Source: Cetorhinus maximus
Taxonomy: Eukaryota
Assembly: GCF_964194155.1 (NCBI RefSeq)
Contig: NC_135900.1
Coordinates: 10,912,001 to 10,976,000 of the forward strand
Direction of reading: 5' to 3'
DNA length: 64,000 nucleotides
Below are positions 1 to 11,871 of this stretch, in pieces. A program made the translations under genes and the position numbers. The notes under the pieces are model-generated. The model was not told the origin of the DNA. It worked only from the letters and a program-made list of their open reading frames with translations, and made no database searches. Numbering within the stretch: position 1 is the first letter of the stretch; every line of letters starts with the position of its first letter.

Positions 1-2105
1 AGCAGGGATAATTAATTGGGGGAAAGCCAACTTTGATGGGATGAGAATGCATCCGAGTCGAGTGAGTTGGAATCAAATGTTGGCAGAAAAGACAATAGCT
101 GAACAATAGGCCATCTTCAAAGAAAAAGTATTGCAGACAATATCAAGGTTTATTTCCTTTAAGGGGAAAGGTAGGACAAATAAATCCGGATCACCCTGGA
201 TGAAGAGAGATAGAGGTAAAGATGAAAAGGAAGAAGTTGCGCGGATGACAGAAGTCAGATAGAAAATACAATGGAGAATCAGGTTGAATATAAAATGACC
301 ACAGGGGAAGTGAAGAAACTAATAAGGGAATCAAGGAGAGAGCATGAAAAGATGCTGGCAGCGAACATAAGGGAATCCCAAAGTCTTCTATAAGCATGTA
401 AATAATGAAAAAGGTGGCAAAAGACAGTGGGGTCGATTTAGCGACAAAATTGGGGACTTGCATGTAGAAGCTGGAGAAATATCAGAGGTGTTGAATGAGT
501 ATTTTGCATCTGTCTTTACAAAGCAAGAATTGCTACCCAGGCCAAGGTGAGAGGAGGTAGCTGGTACACTAGAAGAATTTACAATTGAGGAAGGTGTTGG
601 AAAGGCTATCTTTGCTTAAAATAGAAGGTAACAGGACCAGATGAGATGCATCCAAGGATACTGAGAATTGAGAGTGGAAATTGCAGGAGCACTGGTGATA
701 ATCTTCCATAGACACGGGAGGTATCAGAGGACTGGAGAACTGTGAATGTTACACCTTTGTTCAAAAAGGGATGCAAGGATAAAGCTGGCAACTAGTTAGG
801 CCAGTCAGTTTGACCTCTGGCAGGGAAACTTCTGGAAACTATAGTACGGGATAAAATTAATAATCACTTAGGCAGGTACACGATAATTAAGGAAAACCAG
901 CATGGATTCATCAAGAGAAAATCATGGTTAACTAACTTGCTGGAGTTCTGAGGAAGTAACAGAGAAGGCTGATAATGGAAACACTGATGTGGTGTATATG
1001 GATTTTCAAAAGGCATTTGATACAGTGGCACACAACAGACTTCTAGGTCATGGAATAAAAGGGAAACTAGGCACTTGGATAAGAAATTGGCTGAGTGACA
1101 GGAAAACAGTACTGATAAATGGTGGTTTTTCAGATTGGATGAAGGTTTGTAGTGGAGTTCCTAAGGGACCCTTGCTCTTCCTGACATATATTCATGACCT
1201 AGACTCTGGTGTGCAGGGCTTGATTTCAAAATTTGCAGATGATACGAAGATTGGAAATGTCAACTGTGATGGGGATAGTCTTAAACTTCAAAAGGGCATA
1301 GACATGTTGGTGAATTGGGCAGACAAGTGGCAGATGAAGTTCAATGAGGAGAAGTAGCAGGAAAGATATGGTCAGACGGTATAAAATAAATGGAGAGCCG
1401 CTAAAGGAGGTGCAGGAACAGGGACCTCGGTGTATATGTACATATGTCATTGAAGATGGCAGGGCATGTTGAGGGAGCAGTTAATAATGGATATAGCACC
1501 TTAAGATTTATAAATAGGCGCACTGAGTACAAGAGTAAGGAGCTAATGTTGAACTCGTATAAGACACTAGTTAGGCCTCATCTGGAGTATTGTATCCTGT
1601 TCTGGGTGCCATACTTGAAGGATGTGAAGGCATTGGAGAGGGTATAGAGGAGATTCACAAGAATTATTCCAGGGATAAAGAACTGCAGCTATGAGGACAG
1701 ATTGGAGAGGTTGGGACTGTTTTCCTTGGAGAAAAGAAGGCTGAGAGAAGACTTGATAGATGTATTCAGGATCCTGAGGGGTATGGACAGGGTAAATAGT
1801 GAGAAACTGTTCCCACTCAAGAGAACATCAAGAATTCTAGAGGGCATAGATTCAAAATAATTGGCAAAAAGAATAAATGTGATGTGAGAAGCTTTTTTAA
1901 CCAGGAGGGTGGTTGGAGTCCGGAACTAATTTCCTAGAAGGGTGGTAGAGGCAGGTTCATTTGAGATATTCAAAAGGAAATTGGATTGCTACCTCAAAAG
2001 AGAATGTGCATGGTTGCAGGGACTAGGTAGAATGCTCTTTCAGAGAGCCAGTGCAGACTCAATGGGCTGAATAGCCTCCTTCTGCACTGTAAAGATACTG
2101 TGACT
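1..2105 (+). mobile_element. CR1-type LINE, decayed ORF2 (RT) and 3' end
   Basis: ORF fragments VYMDFQKAFDTV, KFADDTKIG, WADKWQMKFN, LVRPHLEYC; CR1-like 3' UTR ending ~2100; many stops and frameshifts. Confidence 0.9.
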
Positions 2106-2114
2106 GCTGCCACT

Positions 2115-3620
2115 ATGTCAGTGGTGGAGAGAGTGAATGTGTAAGGTGGTGGATGGGGTGCCAATCAAGCAGGCTGCTATATCCCAGATGGTGTCGAAAT
2201 TCTTGAGTGTTGTTGAAGCTGCATTCATCCAGGCAACTGGAGAGTATTCCATCACACTCCTGTCTTGTGTCTTGTAGATGGTGGACAGACTTTGGGGAGT
2301 CAGGAGATGAGTTACTCTCTGCAGAATTCCCCAGTCTCTGACCTGCTCTTGTAGCCACAGCATTTATATGGCTGGTCCAGTTCAGCTTCTGGTTAATAAT
2401 AATCCCTAGGGTGTTGATTGTGGGGGATTCAGCAATGGTGATGCCATTGAATGTCAAGGAGAGATTCTCCTGTTGGAGATGATCATTGCCTGGCATTTGT
2501 GTGGCATGAATGTTACTTGCCACTTATCAGCCCAGCCTGAATATTGTCCAGGTCTTGCTGCATACGGATACGAACTGCTGCAGTATCCGAGGAGTCGCAA
2601 ATGGTGCTGAACAGTGTGCAATCACCTGCAAACCTGATTGCAAACATCCCTACTTCTGATCTTATAATAGAGGAAAGGTCATTGATGAAACAGCTGAAGA
2701 TTGTTGGGTCTAGACATTACCCTGAGGAACTCCTGCAGCAATGCCCTGGGGCTGAGATGATTGTCCATATCTTGCTCCAAGCTGATATGGCTTCTGTATT
2801 TTCAGAGAAATTGTGAATGGAGCAAAACACTGCAGAAACATCAGCATATATTTGCACTGTTGACCTTACATTGGAAGTAAAATCATTGAAGCAGCTGAAG
2901 GCGTTTCAGCTGAAATTATTTCCCTGTGAAACTCCTGCAGCGATGTCCTAGGGTGCAGTGATTGGCTTCCAGCAGCAACAGCCATCTTCCTTTTTCAGAT
3001 ATGTCTCCAGCCACCAGAAAGTTTTCTTCTTGAGCTACAGATTTGATAGGTGTTTTGGCACTACACGTACTTGAATGCTGCCTTGATGCCAAAGGTGGCT
3101 GTCTTCTGGGATTCAGCTCTTGTTTCGAAGTAATTGATTTGTCTGAAGTTTAGCAAGCAGGCTACTGGTGATTGCACTTCTCAGACCAGAACAGTTGAGG
3201 ACTTCTCCCACTGGGAGGAATCTGATAGGACAACAATTGGCCAGGTTAGTTTTGTCCTGCTTTTATAGATACAACATATCTAAGCAATTTTCCATTGTTG
3301 GGTTGATGCCAGTGTCTTGGCTGTATTAGAACAGCTTGGCTAGAGGCCCAGTCAGTCCCAGCATGCATGTTGCCAGCACTAGAGCCAGGATATTGTCAGG
3401 GCTATGGCATGTCACTTTTTAATGTGACATGGATGAATCGATTGGCTAGACATTGGCATCTGGCAGCCTTGGGAGTGGGAAAGTGGGATCATCTTTAACA
3501 AGCACCTCAGCTTTGCCTCTTGTACTCATACTGGGTTCTGCTATTGTTGAAGATGGGGATGTTTATATTCTCTTTTAACCAATTAGTTTTCTGATTGTCC
3601 ACCACCATTCTTGAGTGAAG
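2115..3620 (-). mobile_element. Second non-LTR LINE family (CR1/L2 group), decayed RT C-terminus
   Basis: Minus-strand QKLNWTSHINAVATRAGQRLG and LSTIYK..RSVMEYSPVAW; more eroded toward 3620; boundaries approximate. Confidence 0.75.
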
Positions 3621-3629
3621 TTGTGGGCA

Positions 3630-4000
3630 GGTGAATGCCTATGGATGTTGTTTGTACACATTCCAGAAGACATCTGATAAAATCCCTCATAAATGACTGT
3701 TAGCTAAAAATTGAATCTTATGGAATTGAAGGGAAATTATTGACCTTGTTTGGAAATTTGGCTGAGTGGCAGGAAATAGAGAGGGGTAATGGGCAGGCAC
3801 TTTAATCGGCAGGATGTGACTAATGGTATTCTGTAAGGATCTGTGCTGAGGCCTTAACTATTCACCATATTGAGTAACAACTTAGATGATGGGATGGAAA
3901 GCCACATTTCCAAGTTTGTCGATGACGAAAAGAAAAAAAAATTTGTAAGCAGTCTAGATGGAAGCTTAAAATTTCAAAGAGATACTAATAGACCAGCAGA
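3630..4000 (+). mobile_element. Decayed CR1 LINE fragment
   Basis: NNLDDGMESHISKFVDD, a decayed FADD motif region. Confidence 0.65.
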
Positions 4001-4030
4001 GCTCTGCAAAACATCTGGGGTCAAATTAAT

Positions 4031-4841
4031 GGCCCAGATCTTCCATTCTCCGGAGGGTCATGCCCCGGAAGATGTGTTGGTAAGTTGTAAGTCCCCATAC
4101 AAGGTCTGCACAGGAATTGCCTGGGAAGTTCAACTTCCATTGGGCAGTTACCATGCTTGTGGAACCCTCAAACTCCGATTTAAAGGGGAGTATTTTCTCC
4201 CCGTCGGGCGGGCCAGTCGGAAGCTGGTGCGGAGCCACGCGCCACCATTTTATATGGGCGGGCCAATTAAGGCCCATCCAGCATGACGCGTGCCCGGCAG
4301 AGCACCATCTGTGCGGGTGGGGGGAGGAGGGAGAATCGGGGCCTGCGTTCTTTCATGCATGTGCGCAAAAGAGAGCAGGAATCTCCGAAGTATGGAGCTG
4401 CCTCGGAGATTAATTTCAGAATGAGAATTTTTAATAAAGAAGGTAAAAAATTATTTACACGTCCCCTCATGTGACAGTATCACATGAGCTGGGACATGTT
4501 TATGAAATGTATTAAAAAATTTATTAATTTAATAAACCCTTCATGAAACCTCATCCTGCCTGTGGATGAGGTTTCATGAAAAATGCGACGGGCTCTTCGC
4601 CTGCCTGCCAACCTTAAGGTTGGACGGGCAGCCCTGTCAAATTGGTTAATTGTTTTATTAATGGCCTTAACTGGCCTTTGACAGTTCAGCAGGCGCACAG
4701 CCAACTCCGCTGCTTGCCCGCCAAACAAAAGGTCAGAATGACGCGTGGTGATGTCGGGATGCACACCCAACATCACTGCGCGTCATTTTATGCATTGGCG
4801 TGCCAGGCCCACCCCCACACACCGAACAGAAGATTCTGCCC
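4031..4841. mobile_element. Non-autonomous PIF/Harbinger-type (MITE-like) element
   Basis: Right end aagattctgccc, degenerate left end ggcccagatctt; GC-rich with internal palindromes; related sequence in reverse orientation at 23590-23850. Confidence 0.6.
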
Positions 4842-6399
4842 AAAGTCTGAGGCTTTGGATGGTTCTGACTTTGCAGAACAGTTACCCAGGAAATGTTAGA
4901 AGCATTAAAACCAGTTCTAACTCCTACTACTGAACCCTGACTCCCCTCACCCCACCAACAGACACCCTCACTACAGAACCCTATCCCCCAAGCTAACAGC
5001 CCTCCCAACTACTCCCCAACCCCGCCTACTCCATCTGAACACACAACTACCCCCTTGACCCACCAACTACCCACCGACTGGTCCCCATCCTGCAACTACC
5101 CACCCCACCCCTCAGGCTAGCCCCCATCCCCCATACCCAACTATCCTCCCTGGCCTCCTCTTGATGACCGCCCACCTGACTAGCCCGCATTTCCCCCGAC
5201 TACCCCCTCCCACCCCATGAACTACCTGACTAGTTGGAAGTCTGGGCAAGAAACGTGGAGCTCCAGTCTAAGGTTGGAAAATAACAGCAGATGGTAATCC
5301 AATGGTGATTGCCACTCCATGGAAGATTCACCCCAATATCTTTATTGCAACACTACTTCCTTAAATCCAGGATTTCTAATTATTCTTTCACTAAAGACTT
5401 TAACAGAATCAAACTTCTCATTCTGTAAAAAGTAACATTTCTAAGGAATATAAATGCAAATCTCATTAGAAGAGTCTGGCTTTGTGATTTGTCTATATTC
5501 ATAGATTATGAAAGTCTAATTGGGAACTGTTTTCTCCTGAGTCCAAAAGGCAGGTTTACATCTGGTGGGCTCAATGTTATTCAAGGAATGAACAATCTAT
5601 TTTCTTGAAATCTGCCTGTTATAATTCCAGCATCTATTATCAAATAAGACAGCTTCCTAACCACTGTACCAATTTTGTTTCATGACAAAGTCCTTGTTTA
5701 GGATTCAAATTTCGGAGTAACATTATAAGTTCTCCTTCCTTAAGCCTAAGTTTATGTAGTGGCATGCCCATTGGAGTTAGACTAGAAATTCTGCAGGGTA
5801 TAGACTGTTATCTTCATCTATGGAATCAAAGCTGATGTATTCTTTTTATTCACTTGGCAGCTTTTCTAAAGCTTTTTCATTCAAATGTAGTGAACCTTCA
5901 TTTTTAGCACAGAGTAGCTTTTGAATAATAAGTTGAATCAAATAATTGTTCCTGCCCTTTTTCCACACTTAACCAATTCCATAATCTCATCCACCTCTCC
6001 AATGCTATCCCCATCCCATGTCATTCCATCCTTCCTATGCTATCCCCCTCGTGTCAACCCATCCCATTCCTTCCATCTCTCCCACACCATCCCCTTTCTG
6101 CTCTTGCCATCCCCATTCCTCCCATCAACCCCATCCCATCCCTCACGGAAACAATCTCTCCAGCCAAAGCAACCTTGTTGTTGGGCTCTCCTTACCTTTC
6201 GCTGTTTTTAAAATTTTCCAGCAAACTATCCGCCCTACTGTTACCATCTTTGTGCATTAGCAGCCACACGTGTGTCATGCACTCCAGTCCTTGACGTGCC
6301 CCATATGCCTGTGCATGCACCAGACTCTGCCCACCAAGTAAACCCACCAACACATCTTAAACTGACCAATCAAAATCAGACAGACAAAAACAGGCTATT

Positions 6400-7200
6400 A
6401 TTATTACAAATTACTGAATACGTAAAATTCTGGCATAAGTACAATGGGGACAAATATGAGGACATTATTTTTTGACCTAAAAAGGTTGGAACAGAGTAAT
6501 TTCCAAATGCTTAAAAGCTAGAAACAGTGGATGTCCTAAGAGAATTGGGAGTTCATAGATCATATAAATGTCTTGAACAGGTACATAAAATAAACAAAAA
6601 AGCTAGTAGATTCTGGTCTTTGTACTCTAGTCCTCTAGAATATAAGGGGATAGAAGTTATGCTACACCTATTGATCAACTTGGTCAGACCATACCTGGAA
6701 TGCTATATGACCAGGCTGGCACCACACCTAAGGATATTTTGGCCTTGGAGGGAGAGCAGCACAGACTTACCAGAACAATATCTGACTCCAAAGGTTAAAT
6801 CACAATGAGAAATTATACAAACTAGGTTGTATTCCCCGAAATTTCAAATATTAAGGGATGATTTGATCTAAGTTTTAAACAAATAAACAATCTATTTTCC
6901 TCAAATAGGAAAATAGAGAGAATCTATTTCTGCTGGCCATGGAGTCTAGGACTTAGGGCATATTCTAAAAGTCAGAACCAGACCTTTCAGGAGGGAAGAC
7001 AGAAGTCTGGAACTGTTTTCTGCAAATGGCCATTGATGCTAGATCAATTGTTAATTTTAAATTTACATTTTTGATTAACCAATGGTAGTAAAGGATGGGG
7101 GCAGTGGTGGGTATGTGGAGTTAAATGGCAGATCAGCCATGATCTCATTGAATGGTGGGAGAGACTTGAGGGACTAAATGGCCTTCCCTTGTTCCTATAT
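6400..7200 (+). mobile_element. Decayed CR1 LINE 3' fragment
   Basis: LEYKGIEVML..LVRPYLEC; CR1 3' UTR gatcagccatgatctcattgaatgg. Confidence 0.8.
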
Positions 7201-7355
7201 TGTAGGGCCATAGAGTATTACTCTGGTTCACTGGTTGTGGGCCTGCTCAGAAAGGTCTGCAGCCAATGTTTGATGTTGGTGCCTCATTCCAAGGTATGCC
7301 TGATGCTGCTCCTGGTATGCGCTTCTACACTTCCTATTAAACCATTGTTGGTCTC

Positions 7356-7635
7356 TGTTATGTCTTGGGTAAATAAGTTAGTTGGCCAACTAAATTCTAC
7401 CTGCATGTCTTCCTATGTTCTCATCAATTGCTGCTTGCAATCAATAATGGGGAGAGACTGATGTAAGAATAAAGAGATGGTTTATTGAGGCAAAGGGCAG
7501 AGCACCAGATCATTGCTTACTCAAACCTCCAGAACGGGACTTACAGTTCCCAGTTGTACAGTGATTTGTCAGTGCTGTCACATGATCAGTCCACTTGCAT
7601 TCTCTTAGAGGGACAGGGTACCTCACTTTACCACA
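7356..7635 (-). repeat. 3' LTR of the Gypsy element
   Basis: TG...CA termini; direct repeat of 11249-11543. Confidence 0.9.
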
Positions 7636-7834
7636 GCCCTTCCCCTTTACTTAAAAATACAGCTAACAAGCTTAAAACACTAACTATTTACAGATCAAGT
7701 CTCTTAGGAGGCCGCCTTTGATGGGTTGAGCGTTGTAGCCCAACAACCTCAGCTGGTGTTTCTGAGACCTCCTTTTCAGGGGCAGTTGCCCATTATGTCC
7801 TTCAGTGGATGATTTCGCCATCTTCCGGATGTAG

Positions 7835-8950
7835 TCACACAGAATCACAGTGCAGAAGAGGGACTTCAGCCCATTGAGTCTACATCGACACGTGAGGAAC
7901 ACCTAACCTACCTACCTAATCCCATTTACCAGTACTTGGCTCATAGCCTTGAATATTATGACGTGCCAAGTGCTCATCCAGGTACTTTTTAAAGGATGTG
8001 AGGCAACCCGCCTCCACCACCCTCCCAGGCAGTGCATTCCAGACAGTCACCACCCTCTGGGTAAAAAAAGATTTTCCTCACATCCCCCCTAAACCTCCTG
8101 CCCCTCTCCTTGAACTTATGCCCCCTTGTGACTGACCCTTCAACTAAGGGGAACAGCTGCTCCCTATCCACCCTGTCCATGCCCCTCATAATCTTGTACA
8201 CCTCGATCAGGTCGCCCCTTAGTCTTCTCTGCTCCAACGAAAACAACCCAAGTCTATCCAACCTCTCTTCATAACTTAAATGTTTCATCCCAGGCAACAT
8301 CCTGGTGAATCTCCTCTGCACCCCCTCCAGTGCAATCACATCCTTCTTATAATGTGGCGACCAGAACTGCACACAGTACTCCAGCTGTGGCCTCACCAAG
8401 GTTCTATACAACTTCAACATGACCTCCCTACTTTTGTAATCTATGCCTCGATTGATAAAGGCAAGTGTCCCATATGCCTTTTTCACCACCCCACTAACGT
8501 GCCCCTCCGCCTTCAGAGATCTATGGACACACACGCCAAGGTCCCTTTGTTCCTCAGGACTTCCTAGTGTCATGCCGTTCATTGAATACTTCCTTGTCAA
8601 ATTACTCCTTCCAAAGTGTATCACCTCACACTTCTCAGGGTTAAATTCCATCTGCCACTTATCTGCCCATTTGACCATCCCGTCTAAATCTTCCAGTAGC
8701 CCAAGACATGCAATCTCACTGTTAACCACCCGGCCAATCTTTGTGTCGTCCGCAAACTTACTAATCCTACCCTCCACACAGTCATCTATGTCGTTTATAT
8801 AAATGACAAATAATAGGGGACCCAGCACAGATCCCTGTGGTACGCCACTGGACACTGGCTTCCAGTCACTAAAGCATCCTCCTTTCATCACCCTCTGCCT
8901 CCTACAACGAAGCCAATTTTGAATCCACCTTATCGAATTACCCTGTATCA
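7835..8950 (-). mobile_element. Young 5'-truncated CR1 LINE nested in the LTR element
   Basis: 322-aa open RT frame 7989-8957 (SGVPQGSVLGPLLF, FADDTK, LVRPQLEYCVQFWSP); attctgtg-type tail at ~7835-7855. Confidence 0.93.
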
Positions 8951-11234
8951 CATTCACTCATGCTGTCCTTCCTCTCTAAGCTGAAACAGATAAAGGGTAA
9001 CAAGCGCAAAGCAATACAGCGATGAGCTACATGACGTGTGAGGAGATGTCTTTTTGTTTTTCTTTCCAAGGACTGTCAACGATTTCTTTTTTTCTTCCTG
9101 TGTGTCCTTTTCTTGGTAGCGCTGACCCGTATCTCTGTCTTCTCTTTAATTTCACTGTTGCCTGGACTAGACTCGGGTGCGAGCTGAAAGTGAATGTGAA
9201 TGAGCTCAGTAGTTGGGTTTTCCAACAGCTCTTCTGAGAATTCAGGGCCTTCTAGCTTTACAACTTCAGGGCTTTTACACAGCTGCTGTTTCAGCTCTTC
9301 CAATTCTTTCCTATTCCCATTAATAGTTTGCTGGAGAATCACATATCATTGCCACTTCTCAGCTAATTCGTTTCTTAACTTGGCCAGAGACAGACTTAAC
9401 TCTTCCTTTTCTTCTTCATATCTTTTTAGTGGCACAAATTGGGAGCTGATTGAATTTTGTAGCGCATGAAAGTCCTTTAATAGATTTTCCATTTCCTTTT
9501 GAAGGATGCTGACTTCAGCTTGAATTCTGTCCCGGTATAACAATTCTACGGGCTTCTCCCATTGGGTCTTTGTGTACTCATATTTTCTTGCAGCAACGCT
9601 TCTGGTTTTGAATTGGGAACTTAGCGGGCCCTCAAGATTTATCTCTCCCAGCCAGTTCCTTCTGAGGATACTCGGTCCCCTCCTTGACATTACAAATGGG
9701 GATAATTTTGCAGATTCATACTGCACCTTACTTGACATACCTCTTTCACATTTCTTTCTTTGCCTGTGTATGTGTCAACTTTGTGTCCAAAACTTCTAAC
9801 TTTAAAGGATTAGTTCCTTTACTCAGATATCTAAATGTGTGCTCTCCAATGATGTACATCGACACTCCAGTGTCAACTTCTATCTTAATGGGTTGTCCGT
9901 TAACTGTAATGACTATTTGGATTGGCTCAGTTCACTTGGCTCACTTTGAGGTTATATAACGAATAGATGTCTGTTTCTATTTCTTCTGGCTCTTCCATGA
10001 GATATACTTCATGATTTTTCCTTCTGCCTTTATAGTGTTGTTTTAGCCTTTCTCTGCAGTGCCGCCTTTTTACGTGGCCATAGCGGTGGTAGAAAAAGCA
10101 CTCGACTTGCTTGATTTGTCGTTCGCTCGCTGGCGGCCTGGATGTATTTCTCTCATTCATTTTGTGGGTTTTCATTGCAGTACCATTTGTCTTTCAATGG
10201 TTTGGAGTTAGAAAGCGTTTCCTGCCTTTCCGCGGAGTCCGAGGTTTTTGTGCCTTTTGTTGCTGGACTGTCCCGCTCAACCAGTTGGACGGCGCCATTT
10301 TGTGTATCTTTTATAACTTTGGAATTTCTAACAGCACTCTCCATTGCAGTAGCTGATTCTAATGCCTTATTGAGGTCTACACTCAGCTCGGCTAGCAAAC
10401 GCTTTTGGATAGTATTATCTCCAATCTTGCATATCAGCCAGTCTCTCAACATATCACTTTGGACGTCTCGAATTCACAACGCTCTGTTAATGCCTTTAAA
10501 ACAGCCACATAGTCAGCTATTGTCTCCTCTGGAAACCTGTTCCTTGAATTGAACTTGAAGCACTGCATTGTAACTGAGGGCTTTGGTCTCGGGTGGCTCT
10601 GTGCAGTTTTTATTAACTCATTGAAAGTCTTCGCGGCTGAGGCACTAGGTGACATGAGGCTGCGGATCAGCCCTTGCGTTTTGCTCCCGCATGAGGACAA
10701 AAGAATCGCTCTCTTCCCCTGCGATGTCATTAGTGGTAAAAAAGAACGCTAGGCATTCAACATACTGAGACCAGTCACCTGCAATGGGGTTGAATGGATC
10801 GACATGTCCAAACTGCGGCATCGTGAACAACTGCAAGGGGACTACACTTCTGATAGGCTTTCCAGGTAATGCCAAATTTAGGTGTTTGGCTTACCGCGGA
10901 GTTGCCCTCTCTCTGGGGTCTCTTATCATTTTCTGTCCATAGCCATTTTTCATGTGTTTACCCTTTTAAATGTATTGCCGTTTTAAGAGCAGTCACCGTT
11001 TTTTTAATTCTGTCTCTGCAGCTGTCTGCTTTTCTGTGCTGGGTTTTGTGCTTTTTTTGCTGAGTTTTGGCGGGATCCCTCTGATCGTGATTCTGCAGGG
11101 CTTTTTTTAAATTTTAAACTGCAGCACTGCTTTTTGCTCCGATTGCCAGCTGTCGCCTATTTTACAGGGTAAGTACAGATGTTCTTTCCAATTCTTTGCT
11201 CACGCGTCTTGAAATTTATTTTCTTTTGTTCTTT

Positions 11235-11247
11235 ATCCTCGTCGCCA
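11235..11247 (-). promoter_or_regulatory. Primer binding site TGGCGACGAGGAT (matches the 3' end of tRNA-Ser GCT as recalled)
   Basis: Plus strand atcctcgtcgcca immediately internal to the 5' LTR. Confidence 0.8.
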
Positions 11248-11248
11248 C

Positions 11249-11543
11249 TTTTATGTCTTGGGTAAACGAGTTCGTTGGCCAACCGAACTCTAACTGCACG
11301 CCTTCCTATGTTCTCATCAGTTGCTGCTTGCAATCAATAACGGGGAGAGACTGATGTAAGAATAAACAGTGATGGTTTATTGAGACATAGGGCAAAGCAC
11401 TAGATCATACTTGCTCACTCAGAAACCTGCAGAACTAGACTTACAGTTCCCAGTTGCCTGCACTGTACAGAGATTCATCAGTGCTGTCACTGATCAGTAC
11501 GCTTGCATTCTCTTAAAGGAACAGGGTACCTCCTTTTTCCACA
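11249..11543 (-). repeat. 5' LTR of the Gypsy element
   Basis: Direct repeat of 7356-7635; adjacent PBS; followed by TSD GTCTC. Confidence 0.9.
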
Positions 11544-11871
11544 GTCTCCAGACTTCCTGGAGATATTAATGAGCTGGACTCTGCAGGGTTGACAGAGCTG
11601 AGATTACATGGGGACATTTGCTTCTTGAAAAATAGCCTCTTTGATCGCTAAACACAACAAAAGTGACCTTATCCACTGTTCTTGGAAGAGAATTGAATTT
11701 GGCTTTCAAGGGCAAACCAGAACACACATGGAACAAAGTTGTAAATTTAATAGATAAGCAACTGTTATGTCATACCTTCATTACTTAAGTGGACATCATG
11801 TCAGTTTTTTTCTGTGGGTTTTATAAGCTTTGGGGATTTATTTTATTGTCATATAGAATATAGTTACTAAC

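Larger units (their letters stand above)
7356..11543 (-). mobile_element. Gypsy (Mag-like) LTR retrotransposon, non-autonomous: gag + protease, no RT/RNaseH/integrase core
   Basis: LTRs 7356-7635 and 11249-11543; 5-bp TSD GTCTC at 7351-7355 and 11544-11548; PBS 11235-11247; PPT just right of the left LTR; gag pieces (FGHVDPFNP..DWSQY, KRAILLSSCG, LRDWLICKIGDNTIQKRLLAE); protease IEVDTGVSMYII; pol C-terminal RRPPKRLDL* near 7687-7716. Confidence 0.93.

Noticed and set aside
5340-5950. Candidate next TTC41 exon in unique AT-rich sequence
   Set aside because: The minus-strand frames I checked hit stops and showed no recognisable TTC41-like motif or clear splice pair.
7989-8957. 322-aa RT as the pol gene of the surrounding LTR element
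   Set aside because: The motifs (GVPQGSVLGP, FADD, LEYCVQFW) and 3' tail are CR1 non-LTR type, so it is a nested insertion.
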